The notes under the pieces: generated by a model
What the model was told of the DNA's origin: nothing
Seen by the model: only the letters and a program-made list of their open reading frames with translations
The model's database searches: none
Origin: Novakomyces olei
Taxonomy: Eukaryota
DNA: 64,000 bases
Direction of reading: 5' to 3'
Assembly (NCBI GenBank): GCA_016906335.1
Contig: JADEYG010000012.1
Location: 1,302,001 to 1,366,000 of the forward strand
In this document: positions 1 to 14,324 of the stretch, piece after piece
How positions within the stretch are numbered: the stretch's first letter is position 1
Layout: every line of letters starts with the position of its first letter
Position numbers and translations under genes: made by a program

Positions 1-881
1 ACTATAGCGAACTAATTTCTATTCTTTTAGGTGGGTACACCCGGCCATTTTGCTGGAAATAAATTTGTACTTATTCGAAAGAATTAAGAAAGCAAACTAA
101 AATAATAGAGCGCGCCATAGATTTCAAGTAACCAAATTAGGTGACATTAGTATTGCCCCCTGTTTCCTCTTAATGGGATTATTACGTAAACTCTGTTCTA
201 TGATTGGGCTATGACTGAATTCAGTAATACCAAGCGATAAGAATAGATAGTGATAAGGATTAATTTGTTTTTGGCCCCCACTTAGTCTTCTGAAGCATTC
301 ATTAGTGAATAATTCACATTCTGCTTTCAAAACCTAAATGGCGTAAGATAAAGCATACAATACTAAATGCTTGATACATGAATTAGACATGAGTTCTTCA
401 TTATTCGGGAACCATCGCTGGGATTAGCCTTTGTGAGCAAGGCGATTGTCATATGTATAAATTTTAATTATTTATAATTAAATTTTTAATTGATTTGAAG
501 AGTTTGCCGACGTAGCGCTTTATTAAAGCCGATTGGCAAGGTGAAGCTAAATTTCAAAGCCACAAGAAAGTCTAGCAAAGGCGAATAAAAGTTGCGATAC
601 AGTGTCGGCCGAGGTCAAGTGGGGGCCAAAATAAGAGACAGTAATTATATTGCTAATAAAGCATATCAAATCTTGAATTGATCCAATTAATATCCGAATT
701 GAAATAAAACAGGTTTTTTATTATCTTAGTTCACTGATAAGATCTTGCAAAGTAATTCCTATTAGGGTAAAGAAGTTGATCAATGGGTGGGGGGTGTTCG
801 TACTCTAGTGCCCGAACCAGATGGCCATTATATATATATCAGGGCGTAGGTTGTATGGAAACGTATCGCGAACAACTAGTA

Positions 882-2414
882 ATGGCGGACGTCAAACACG
901 AAAAGGTAGAAGAATCGCATTTAGGGTCAGGAGACGTTGAGAGCATCAATCTACCTGGCGAAAATGGCTTGTACGTGCCTCCGGCACCATACAAACTCGG
1001 CTTTCTCAAGATCCCTCATTATCGATCAACATACACGCAAGTATTTTTGGCTGGTCTAACAAACTTGCTCGCAGTTGGTATGTAGCCGTGCTGAAGATGT
1101 CCAGAAAGCTGGAGATACTCTATACGTCAAAAAAATATCAAATTTCCATTAATAAATGAAAACAACTTACTAATCTTATTAGGCATGTTTAATGTTCTTA
1201 CAGGTCTAGGAGGCGCTGGACAGCTGGATCCGACCATTGCTGATGATGCAAATATAATTCTATACGCCATATTTGCCTTTTTCTCTCTGCTTTCCGGGCC
1301 TTGTATAAACTATTTTGGACCTCGTTTAACGCTTTCCGTGGGGGCTATAGGGTATGCCCTTTATGGTGCTGCGTTTTGGTGTTATAATCATACACAAAAT
1401 CGAGGCTTTGTTCTGTTTGCTGGTGCTGCCTGCGGAGTAGGCGCTGGTCTTTTGTGGGTCGCTTGCGGAACAATTATGATGTCTTACCCCACCGAATCGC
1501 AAAAAGGACGATTTGTTTCGGCTTTTTTCTTCCTATCGTTTTTAGGTGCAGTTATCGGTGGGATAATTCCGGTTGTGCAAAACGACAGCAATAATGCGGC
1601 CGGTAGTGTGAATGACGGAACGTACACAGCCTTGACAATTCTCATGATAGTAGCCTCTGTTGTTGCTCTTCTAGTCTGCGATCCAAATCATATTATAAGA
1701 ACTGATGGCACCAAAGTTGTTATTGAAAAGCATAATACTATGCAGCAGGAAATTATGAATGTTGGCCGCAGTTTCCAACGTGAACCTCTTATTGTATGCT
1801 TTCTTCCCTTCTCGTTTGCTGCTTTGTTCTACAGCTCGTACCAGTCAAACGATTTTAATGCGTATTATTTCAATGTTGAAGCCAGGTCCGTTAATGGGCT
1901 TTTGTATGCAATCTCACAAATGCTGGGAGCTCTCATATTTGGCATTTTGCTCGACTTCAATCGAATTGGACGTCGCAGAAGAGCTATTTGCGGTTGGATT
2001 ACAATTATTGTCGTTGTTGTTGCCATCAACACTTGTGGCTATTTTCCCATGAAACGCTCCAACCGCGCTGTAGCGTGGGATCCGCCAATGAGCATACATG
2101 GGTCCACTTCCGCAAAATATATGACTTTGTATTTCTTTTACGGCTGGCAAGATGGCATGTTTCAGACTTTTGCTTTCTGGTTGATGGGATGCTTATCAAA
2201 TGATCCCCTTGTTTTGTCCATGTACTCAGGGTTTTTTAAAGTCTTTGGAGCAGTCGGAGCTTGTGTGGCGTTTGCCATGGACTCCAAACACATTGCATAC
2301 GATGCCATGTTTGGATCATATTATGCGGTTTTGTTGTTTGGTGCATTGCTCCTTGGGCCGCTTATTTTGTTGCGTGTCAAGGACACTTTAAAGACAGAAG
2401 GTCAGCGTTATTAG
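882..2414 (+). CDS. MFS transporter, UNC-93-like fungal family; exons ~882-1077 and 1183-2414
   Basis: Intron 1078-1182 (GTATGT..TACTAAT..TAG) joins LLAVG|MFNVLTGLGGAG, the family N-terminal motif; ~12 hydrophobic segments. Alternative ATG at 855; TATA-like run ~829-838. Confidence 0.85.
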
Positions 2415-2945
2415 TGAGAAAAATTTGCACGAGATATTGTTTTCAAAGCTTCTAGCTCGCTGCTCTAATGCGTTGAGCAATCTGTCTTTTTTCTTTCCAA
2501 AAATAATCAAATGATCAACTGCCTAGTTGGACTCGCTATTTCTGGTAGACCGTAAAAATTTAAAAATGATGAGAGGGTGATGTCACTTATCAATTTGTGT
2601 ATCACAGTTGTTGAGACGCTTTAAATTTACATTGCCATTTCAATTGAATTTTCAAACCTTAGCGTCCACTAAGCCAAGTTTCAGCTGCTACTTTAATCTC
2701 TTTAGTTCGCAATGGTATGCATCAATCATAAAAATCGGCTCTCAATGAGGCTCATTATCTGGCTGAAATGAATCTGGTAGCTCCTGCCTTCAAGACCCTT
2801 GTTCATAAAAGAAATTAAGTCATTAACCCTAACACGACATCCCACCTAAAAAGTTACGTATACAATTTTACAATCTTTGAGTCTAATTTGCGCAAAATAC
2901 TAGAATTCCACCGCGAAATAAATCACTGGCATTTTTTTAATTATT

Positions 2946-4688
2946 TTAAATTGCGTATCTAAACTCCTTGTTCTGGCGGTCTGTAAGATCAAGAAATTCG
3001 TGATTCTTTTCCACAACATAAGCATCTCCAAGAGCATCTCTCTCGCGGTCACGTTTTTTGTTTTCTCGGATAGCCAACCACCTAATAATGCACAGATCAA
3101 TGGTAATAAGTACATAAATAATGCAAATTGCAATTTTGGCCGGAAGATAACGAGGCGAATCTCTGGCTTGAAACGTTTGGGGCGAAATAATATTGCCCAC
3201 AGTGTAAGCAATAGTGTTTATACAAGTCATTGTAATCTTTTTTGTAGAACCGCCAACGTTACTACTCAACAGCCCCAGAATTACAGTCCAGCCAATGGGA
3301 ATACCGCCAGACAGGAAATAGCCTACGAGTGCGGGAGCATTGTTTGTGGTTGCCATGAGAATAGCACCGACAATAGATGGAATATGCCCCAAGATGCACC
3401 ATAGCAACCTTTGCTGCGTCTTGATACCGACCCAAGTCAGGGTAATAAGCACAATGGCTTCGTAAGCACCCAATGGTGTCACGAGCAAAAGACTTCGAGT
3501 AAAAGAAAATCCCATACCTGTAACAAGAATGTTTCCAAAACTCGTAGCAATAGAATTAGGAATATTTGCGGTAAAAGTCCAAAAGGCATAGAGCCAGGTA
3601 TTGGGGTCACGAAGTGCTTCGTAAAATTGATCCCATTTGAAAATGTTTGAACCAATTCCTTGCTCATTCGTGCGAATTCTTTCGGCGTGCAATGCTTTTT
3701 CTTCAGCAGATAAAAAGCGTGCATGCAAGGGTGAATCAGGTAGGAAAAAAAAGAAAGTAATTCCCACAACTATGGTCAAAAGACCTAAAAACAAGTAAAT
3801 AACCTGCCAGCCTTTCAGTTGTGCAGTTGGATCACGTCCGACATGAGTGGCAATTCCATACGCTACGTATCCACCGAACATCTAGGGAATTAGATTGGAA
3901 AGTAAAAAGAACGTTAAATATCTTAAAAGCTATTATTTTGTTATACGTATAACGTACTTGAGCAAATCCGCACATACTGAACCATATACCCGTTCTTGAG
4001 GATATTTCTTTGTCCTTGCGATACCATTGAGATGTGAAAAGCACCCATGCCGGTACTATGGCAGCTTCTGCGCAGCCAAGGAGCTAACGTTAGTTATACG
4101 TAATGATAAAAATTTCTAAAAAAGGTTAAAAAAAGAGGGAAAAAGCAAATTTTTAAATGAATAGCTTTTAAAACGTACAGCTCTGCAGACCATAAGTCCT
4201 GCAAAGTTATGACAGGCAGCCATGCATGTCAAAATGGCTCCCCAAATGACGATGTTGGTCGCAACATATTTGGCCAAAGGGAAAAGCTGAAGCAATCGCA
4301 TTGTTGGGAATGTGAAAGCAAGTTGACCAAAGAAAAATATACTCGCGACCCAGCTGAACTGGTTGCCCTTTAGATGAGTGGCTTGTCTCATCCCCATTAC
4401 GCTTCCGTAAGAAATAGCAATTTTGTCTAAGTATTGCAAGAAATACACAATGCAAATAAGCGGCATAATGTTAAAATCTATTTTCTGCACAAGTCTTTTA
4501 TTCTCAGCAGAGTCTAGGTTGACAGGTTTATCTGAAGCCTCCAAGAGTGCTAACGCACGATCACCTCTAGGGTCGTGTGCTGCATCGTGCACGCGCACTT
4601 TAGTCTTTTCTGCCGAGACATCGTCAGTGTCTGAACATGTCGGGCCTCTAGATACTTTGTATTGCAAAGATTCTTCGTCTTTTGCCAT
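2946..4688 (-). CDS. MFS anion:cation symporter, allantoate permease (Dal5)-like; exons 4688-4179, 4083-3958, 3881-2946
   Basis: Motifs KIDFNIMPLICIVYFLQYLDK, SQWYRK, NVGGSTKK, C-terminal FLDLTDRQNKEFRY; both introns GTACGT..CTAA(C/T)..TAG keep frame. Confidence 0.9.
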
Positions 4689-5440
4689 TGTGGCTAAAAT
4701 GTTCAGACAGATCGATTACCGGATCGCTTTGTTCATCATGTTTTTCATACTTGCCTTATATAATTATATTTTTTGAGCTTCAATCCCACGCAACAAAAAT
4801 GTTTACCCAAAAATAATTGATATAATGTAAGGCGATTTATTATTGCGATATATGACGCAAATTACTTGCATTATTAGCTAAAAGGGATTTTATTGCCGGA
4901 AGAAAATAAAGCAAGACTATGAAAATTGCTCGTTTAAGGCAAAGACCAATATTCGAGTAGGGTCTAGTAAGTCGGCTTTTCTTGCTCCTTGCTGGATATA
5001 ATTATTATACTGCAGAAATAGCCAATCATACTGTTTTAAGTATGGAATAATCCCGCTTTCATGAGTCAAGTTCGCGTCATTTTGCAATTTTGTCCCGCAA
5101 CATTTGTTTTGGTGTATTTTCAGGGAGATCTGTCATTGGCTTGAAGCTAGTGATCTTTTTTGGGGATTGAATAATAGCGATCTGTACCTTTTAGAATTGA
5201 GACACCAGGATCCGAGAATTTTGCTCGTTTATGCTATATATATGATCGAATCGTGTTGCAATGATGAACAGCATTTGGCTATCTTAAGTTTTGACCCATT
5301 CTATTATATTGCTTAGGCGCTCTATACAAAGACGGGACCGTTCCTTTACGTGGGACGTCTTTTCGTTCTATCAAAAGTCCATATGTCATCATGAGTATGA
5401 ATGATGAAACAATACGAAAACGAACATCAACAACCCAATC

Positions 5441-7158
<1,718 letters not shown>

Positions 7159-7262
7159 TGTCGCTGTTACTAATTCCAAATGCCCTTTTTCCTCTTGCTC
7201 TGCAAGTCTCGTGTATTCATAGTAGGCGCAACCCTCAGCTCAAATACCGCGGTCGGTCACCT

Positions 7263-7310
7263 TCGGCTATTTCCCCCGCATCGGCTATTCGGCTATCTCC
7301 AAATAACCGA
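7263..7310. promoter_or_regulatory. Cluster of TCGGCTAT (CGG-containing, Zn2Cys6-type) sites in the ALDH/regulator divergent promoter
   Basis: Exact TCGGCTAT at 7263, 7281, 7289; variant ATAACCGA at 7303; same motif recurs at 11755, 11897, 14097, 14113. Confidence 0.55.
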
Positions 7311-7882
7311 TTTCAAGCGGAGATTTAGTTCATTCAAGGGCGCACGCAAAACTGACATTAGTTGAAAAAGAAATTATAAAATTGCGGGGATGCAAAACGT
7401 CTTGGCGGCAGGTCATTGTCTCAATCCGACTTTGTGTAACGCTAGTCGTAAAACACAGTTCATAGGTAGAATTGACCAATCAAGCGTTCTGCAAAGCTTG
7501 ACTCTGTTTCATTTGTAACCCAAAAAAATTTAACGCCCCATCTTATTAGTATTGAAATCTATCACCATCAAAAGATGTGACATTCGGATCCAATGCCGAT
7601 CGACTTATCGCAAAGTCATTTAAAGATGAGATTGCAACTCGAGAAATGTTGCTCTAAATATACTTGAGAACATCAACGCAGCAAGTGGGATTACATAAAT
7701 ATACCATTCAAGTAATATGTTTAGGAAAACAATGAGCGAATAATGTATACGATTAAAAGTGAAATACTGAAAGAAACCACAGTAATACGTGGAGGCATAG
7801 AGGAAAGTAAATTGATCCCCACTTTTGTTTTAATTGTTTTAAAAGATCGTCTTAATTAAAGGACAGAGTTTACCCCACAAGC

Positions 7883-10015
7883 ATGAAGAGCCGTGCGTCG
7901 GCCGCGTGCCGCCAATGCCGTTCATCAAAAGTCAAGTGTGACGTTGCGCGTATAGGCATACCATGTTCAAGGTGTCAGAGTCGGGGAGACCACCACTGCC
8001 AGCTGATACCTTCGAAGAGAGGAACGCGGTACCGTTACAGAACAGGATCTACAGCGAGCGAAAGTAGCAGGCCCAATCCTGATACAAGAGGCAGCGCGGA
8101 AGGATTGACGCCGTCTGTGGCTACTGGAGGATCTCGATCGTCTCCTCACACGAGCAGTATGGAAAGTTTGAGCCCATCGACCTCTCCACAAACAACGTTA
8201 CGGGAGGAAAATGGTGGTAGTACGAGCTCGTCAAATTTTAGCAAACGAGGAGCGGAACCGAGTACCGCTCAGAACGATATAGGAGCGCATAATATAGTAA
8301 CAAAACAGAACCGAGTACCCGATCACAACGAGTCGCCCGAGAATGAGCAGCGAGAACGAATCTATCGCAGAAATGGTGGCGATTCTGAGGACTTGTCTTG
8401 GGGTCCTGTGTTTGAAAGTTTTCTAAAATCTCGTGGGCAAGAAGGTTCTTTTGAAAATGCTTCGATAATTTTCCTAGGGGAGCCTTTCCCTCTCTTGCAG
8501 TCCTTTGGAGAGACTCAAAATTTCGATCGCATCAGGATGCATCAAATAGTTCCACAGAATCCTACAATTTCAGAAACATCATCAGAGAACCAACCTTCAC
8601 ATCTCTCACAGGACGAAATGCGGTTCATTGCTTCGCAAGGTTGTCTTTCACGTCCATCTGCGATGTGCTTAGATGCGCTTGTATCTCGATTCATCGATAG
8701 GGTATATCCTCTATATCCGATCGTTATCCTGCGCGACTTCATTGGAGAGCACAAGTCCGGATCATTGCCGCTAATTCTAATGTACGCTATTTGTTGCGCA
8801 ACGAGCAGTTTTTGCACTGCCGAGCAAATAAATAGCCTCGGATTTGCCTCCAAAGTAGAAGCCCGAGAGATGTTTTACAAGCGGGCGAAAACCCTGTTTG
8901 ACGTCGGCTATGAGACGAACAAAGTCACGCTATTGCAGACGATAATAATGTTAACCTTCCGACCGAGTGGGCCCAGGGACACATGGACTTTTTACAACTG
9001 GATCAGTTTTGGTGTTACCTTATCCGAATCTCTGGGTATACACCGGTCGACTGCTCAAGTCAATATGCCAAACAAAACGCGCAGTTTACTAAAACGGCTT
9101 TGGTGGGTTCTCGCTCTTAGGGACGCCTTTGGAGCTGCCTTGTTTGGCAGACCGCTTCGAATTGATCAAATGCAATGTGATGCAGACGCAGTAACGCTTG
9201 AAGACTTTGTCTATGACTATGAATCTATAACCGACACTGCTCATTCACATGCTCGAATATGTGCTCATTACTTTGTTTGTGCTACGAGTCTGACAACAAT
9301 TATTCGGCCCATCTACAGTATCCACTCGTGTCCCTTCACACAATGTGGCTCAGACACAGATCCTTTTGCCCCACAAAGGGAAAACCTAAAGACCTGGCGG
9401 TGTTCAGTGCCTCCAGAATTGGACTGGGACAATAATCCAAACACTGTGTACTCTAGGATATTGTCAATCTTATTTTGTAATGCATTAATATTGGCCTATT
9501 TGCCCAGTCCAATGGCTCGGGCGCGGAAGGATACGGGAATGGCAAAAGACGGTAACTTGAATGTTCCCTATGAAATTATTCGAGATGGAGCTGAGAGTAT
9601 TTTATCGGTCACAAGCGCTATCGTTACCAGAGACGAATTGACTTTTGTGCCTCACGAGCTATTTACTGGTGTATTTTTAGCACGGGTCATTGTTCATTCA
9701 TATCCGGTTATGGCTAATGCAGATGGATCTAAATTGGTTCAATCTCAAAAGGCAATGTTTGATTTAATATTCCATCAGGTCAAGCAGTTTTGGGAACCAG
9801 CAGCTTGGATTTCCTACTTGTTCACAATGTACCCATCCTCGAATGGTGATAAAGACGGGGCTACCGAATCACGAGCTCAAGGATTTGCGCAGCAATCAAA
9901 TAACCCTGGAGCGTTTGGCGACCTACAATCTTATGTTGGGGACCTGAGTATATTCGGCCAAGACTGGCCCAGTCAGTTAGTGCTGACAAGTCTCTTTGAA
10001 GATTTTGAACAATGA
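7883..10015 (+). CDS. Zn(II)2Cys6 transcription factor with fungal-specific TF middle-homology domain
   Basis: CRQCRSSKVKC...CSRCQSRGDHHC at N-terminus; SLGIHR...RLWWVLALRD...GRPLRI motif; 710 aa ORF. Confidence 0.93.
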   Translation: MKSRASAACRQCRSSKVKCDVARIGIPCSRCQSRGDHHCQLIPSKRGTRYRYRTGSTASESSRPNPDTRGSAEGLTPSVATGGSRSSPHTSSMESLSPSTSPQTTLREENGGSTSSSNFSKRGAEPSTAQNDIGAHNIVTKQNRVPDHNESPENEQRERIYRRNGGDSEDLSWGPVFESFLKSRGQEGSFENASIIFLGEPFPLLQSFGETQNFDRIRMHQIVPQNPTISETSSENQPSHLSQDEMRFIASQGCLSRPSAMCLDALVSRFIDRVYPLYPIVILRDFIGEHKSGSLPLILMYAICCATSSFCTAEQINSLGFASKVEAREMFYKRAKTLFDVGYETNKVTLLQTIIMLTFRPSGPRDTWTFYNWISFGVTLSESLGIHRSTAQVNMPNKTRSLLKRLWWVLALRDAFGAALFGRPLRIDQMQCDADAVTLEDFVYDYESITDTAHSHARICAHYFVCATSLTTIIRPIYSIHSCPFTQCGSDTDPFAPQRENLKTWRCSVPPELDWDNNPNTVYSRILSILFCNALILAYLPSPMARARKDTGMAKDGNLNVPYEIIRDGAESILSVTSAIVTRDELTFVPHELFTGVFLARVIVHSYPVMANADGSKLVQSQKAMFDLIFHQVKQFWEPAAWISYLFTMYPSSNGDKDGATESRAQGFAQQSNNPGAFGDLQSYVGDLSIFGQDWPSQLVLTSLFEDFEQ

Positions 10016-10470
10016 TGGCTTGTGTCTGTCTCCCAATTGTACTTTTAGTATGTATTCATTCTACATCATTTACCTGTATTTATATTGTGTGACTTTTAAC
10101 AAGTCTCTTTTAATTTTTATTTTTTAGAACTGGTGTACAGGTCTGTTTTCAAAATCCGTATAATAATTGAGCTTGATTAAAATTGAACTTGTTCGATGCA
10201 TACTATAAAATCCTTCTCATAAAAGTAGCCAAAACAGCATCTCATCAACAAAAGAATCTCTCTGTAACAGCAAATAAAATACGAAAAATCCATACAACTG
10301 GATTTAGTTTTCGTAGATCTAATTTAATCTATTATAATATATTATTAATTTCCTATATTTCCTATCATCAAACTATAATTAATAGCTCAAAACCCAGAAG
10401 AATACAAAAAGAATGAAAGGGTGTAATTTCATGGCTTTTACGGAATGTCTGATGGCCGAGCTTTCTCAGT

Positions 10471-11540
10471 TTATGGCAGACCTTGTCGCTTGTCTGTTTT
10501 TTCATTAAGTCCCCAGGCTGCTGAGCTGCCATCGTGTACAGTTACACGTCGCATATCTCGACGATACTTTTTAACAAAGTCTCCACCAACAGCTCTGTGC
10601 ATAGTGCATGTATTATCCCATAAGACCAAGTCTCCGACGTCATTCCACTCAATCTCAACCAAGTACTTGGGCTGAGTAGCATGGCGGTACAAAGTATCAA
10701 TCAGTTCCTGTGATTCTGCTTCATCTATACCCTCAAGGTGATGTACGTGGGCGGCAATGTAAAGGTTCATTCGTTTTGAAGCCTCGTGTTCTTGCACCAA
10801 TCGGTGACGTCCAAACGCATAATTTTTCGGGTCAATATGGGCAAAGAAGTCAGGAGCAGCGAGCTTGCGAGAGTGCCACATTGAATGGTTGGCAATATAG
10901 TCTTTCTCCAAAAGTTTCTGCTTCAGTTCCTCGGGAAGTTCAGCATATGCTGTCCTGGTATCGGCAAAAGCTGTGTGGCCGCCGTGGCCTTTGGGAGGGA
11001 GCTCGTGAACCAAAAGTAGGGAAAAGCCAGCGCGTCTTGGGTTGAAACTCGAGTCAACATGGAAAAGGTTGTTTCCCTATAAAAGTAAGCATTAACTTAA
11101 TCAAATCAAGGGTTATTTAGGCATACCCTATTGGCCTGACCACGGGGTGAGTCAGGATCCAAGAGACTACCGTCAAGCTCAACATTACTGACGTCGAAAA
11201 GCTCGTCGTATTTCAAACGGTTCTTTCGACCAGCCCCCAGGTACGGTTTGATATCGTCCAGCTCACCGAGGGCTTTACCAAACTCGATATGCTTTTCATC
11301 ATCAAGTCCAGTTTGTCGGAAGACGATGACTCCGTACTAGAGAATGTTAGATGAATGCAACACGCAAGATCAAAATTAGAACTTGTGATATACCTTAGCA
11401 ATAGCATGCCGAATTTCATCCAAGACCTCAGGAGTGAGAGACTTGCTAAAGTCAACACCACCGACTTCTGCACCAAAAGTTGGGTGAAGTTCTTTGACTT
11501 CAAGAGTCTTGTAATTAGGGACGGCTACGCTAGGCGACAT
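10471..11540 (-). CDS. Fe(II)/2-oxoglutarate dioxygenase, TauD/TfdA family (2,4-D dioxygenase-like); exons 11540-11394, 11336-11127, 11076-10471
   Basis: LHPTFGAEVGGVDF, HxD in NLFHVDSSF, TAFADTRTAY, distal WDNTCTMHRA and RDMRR; exon lengths 147/210/606 all in frame. Confidence 0.92.
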
Positions 11541-12033
11541 GTTGTGTTCAAAGCAGTGTTGGGAAAGGTGTCAATAAAAGTATTTTTAAAATTTTGTTTT
11601 CAAAGATCGTTTCTTCTTGCAACTGAACTGTCAACTTGCTTATCCCCATCGGAACAATGCGCCGTATTTATGCCCTTTGAGTGTTTCCTAAAACGTAATA
11701 GTAGGTTGGGTTGTGTGGGGGAAGCGTGGGATGAATGGTTCAAATAATGTATGTATAGCCGAGATTACCGAATACCTCAGAGATTAGGTAATAACCGAAT
11801 CAATTGAACTGGTTTGCCGAATTTTAAGTAATCTTGCTCAATTGTGGGGTATGCATAGGAGCATTAAACTTTGAGTGGCCGACCGCTATCTAGAAGATAG
11901 CCGATGGCCGGTTAGCGTTCAGATTTGAGCCGCAAATTGTAAATATAAGAATGGTGTACCGTGCTCGCCGAGAAATACAACTCTCAGCTCTCGCTTGTCC
12001 ATTTTTGTATCACCACTTCCAAACACTTCAATC

Positions 12034-13342
12034 ATGACCAACGCAACAACCAACGGTAACTCACACACTCACAATGCTGTCGTCTACGACAAGCCAGGAC
12101 ACATTAGCACCAGTATCAGAACGATTCCAACCCCTCTACCTGGACCGGATGAAGTCCTTATCAAGATCACACATTCTGGCATTTGTCACTCGGACTTGGC
12201 CGTTATGACTAACGCATGGGGCAACATTGCCGATGACCAAATTGGCGGTCACGAAGGTGTAGGATCCATAGTGGCTGTCGGACCAAGCAGCAGTCCTGCC
12301 AAAGTTAAAAGCAGCGACCGTGTTGGTGGTGAGTAGAGACATGTGGAATTTTCAACTGTTATCATTCCCGTCTCGTTTCGATTGTTTGATCATTATATTT
12401 TCTATTCATTTATTAAAATACCAATATTCTTACAAATAGTAAAATGGCTTTCTAGCATCTGCACAGTATGTCCTTCTTGTTTGGAAGGTCGTGATGGCTG
12501 CTGCGTGGAGGCCAAGGTCTCTGGCTTTGGCACTCCTGGAACGTTCCAGGAGTACGTTATTGCTCCCGCAAATTATGTAACACCAATCCCGGACACTGTT
12601 CCAAGCGAAATTGCCGCTCCACTTTTGTGCGGTGGTGTAACTGTTCACGCAGCTTTGCGAAAGGCAAATACTCGCCGGGGTGACACAATTGTGATCATGG
12701 GCGCTGGAGGCGGACTTGGACATTTGGCAATTCAAGTAGCAGCAAAGGGGATGGGCTTGCGCGTTATTGTAAGTTCAATATGCGTTACGAACTCTAATTG
12801 ATTTTGGATCTTGTTTTTATTGCATGCATATTTAAACTCGCAACTAATCGTAATTTTAGGCAATCGATACTGCAGAAAAGGAAGAATTCTGCAAGTCTTG
12901 CGGCGCCAAGGCCTTTCTTAGCGTTGAGACTTATGCTGCAAATCCACTGCAGTTGGCCACTGATATCAAAAAACTGACGGCAAGTGGAGTCGGTGCTACA
13001 GCAGTAATTGTGTGTGCCTCAAACAATGCTGCCTATTCTCAAGCGCTTGCTTTGTTAAAACCTGGTGGCACTCTGGTTTGCGTGGGCGTACCTAAGACTG
13101 GCGGACAGCCTATCGGTGGATCCGATCCTGCGTCTATGGTATCAAAAGAGCTGAGAATTGTCGGAAACACGGTCGGAAACAGACAAGATGCTGATTCGGT
13201 TTTGGATATGGCTTCCAAAGGCTTAGTAACGCCAAAGATAACTTTGGTCACAACTGATAAGATTGACAGCACTTTTCAATCTCTTGCAAGCGGATTGCTT
13301 CATGGTCGTGCTGTCTTGGACTTGCGTAGTCTCGCCGTATAG
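12034..13342 (+). CDS. Zinc-dependent alcohol dehydrogenase (MDR family), 3 exons
   Basis: GICHSD, GGHEGVG, structural Zn C-x2-C-x2-C-x7-C, APLLCGGVT, GAGGGLGHLA; introns ~12329-12439 and ~12769-12859. Confidence 0.93.
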
Positions 13343-14324
13343 TAATTACAGCCTATTTTGAGCATTTTTAAATTGCCTTGCGTAACATAATATAGTCGAA
13401 ACAAGTTTTTGCCAGAGATATCTGATTAAGCGGCCTTTAGTGTATGCTTTGAGTAGCCTATATCTATAAAATTCATCAAAAATTACTAGGCATTTTGTCT
13501 GTTTCACGAACAGAGGCATACAGATCTCCAAATTAACGCTTCATTTGCTACAGCGTCTATTTTACGAGTAAAACCTAGTCGTACCAACAGTGTGCACCTG
13601 TCCGTTCTTTGCTCTGCTTTGTGCGTTTAAATATTATACTGTCAAATATAAGCATCCTGAATACTTTAGTTTTACATAAAAATTTAATAATTAAGATAAA
13701 GCAATATTGATACTACATTATTTCCAGCGCATTACCAAATTGTATTGACGCATAAGCTGGGCATTGAGCGTTGGTTTGAGCCGAGAAGCTTTGCCAAGCC
13801 TAAACTGAGGTCGATAAACTTAATCCTTCAATTCAATACCAATCGAAAATGTTGACAGAGCCCTTAAACGTCAAGATTTGACATAACCGAATGGTTTCAC
13901 ACACAATGACAAGGCTGTTCAATTTGAAATACTTCAGTTACTTTTGAGACAGTTTCCAGATTCGAATCCAGGAAAGGGATTGATGTTATTGGCTCCTTCA
14001 GAAAATATGAGGGACTCATTCCGCCTCCACATTTCATTCAGGCTAGTCTTTTCAGGGGTTCTAATGCTAAACCCTAGATTTGTGGGGAAATTAGGATCGG
14101 CTATTGAAAGTCTCGGCTATCTCATACTATCCCGCAAAATAATTCTATGCCAAAGCATAAGATTGATATTTTCGAAATAGAGGAGGCTAGGTATAAAGCA
14201 CGACGGATCCCTTCGCAATGCAGTACTACTCGTCTCAGTCTTTCTCAGCCCTTAACTGTCTTTAGTTCTTCTTCTTTTTCTAAAGGAGGAGGTATCTTTG
14301 CGTCAAGGTCGATCTCAACTAAAA

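Noticed and set aside
1-800. ORF 124-330 and GATAAG sites
   Set aside because: ORF has no motif; the GATA sites fit nitrogen control of the MFS gene but are too short to support on their own.
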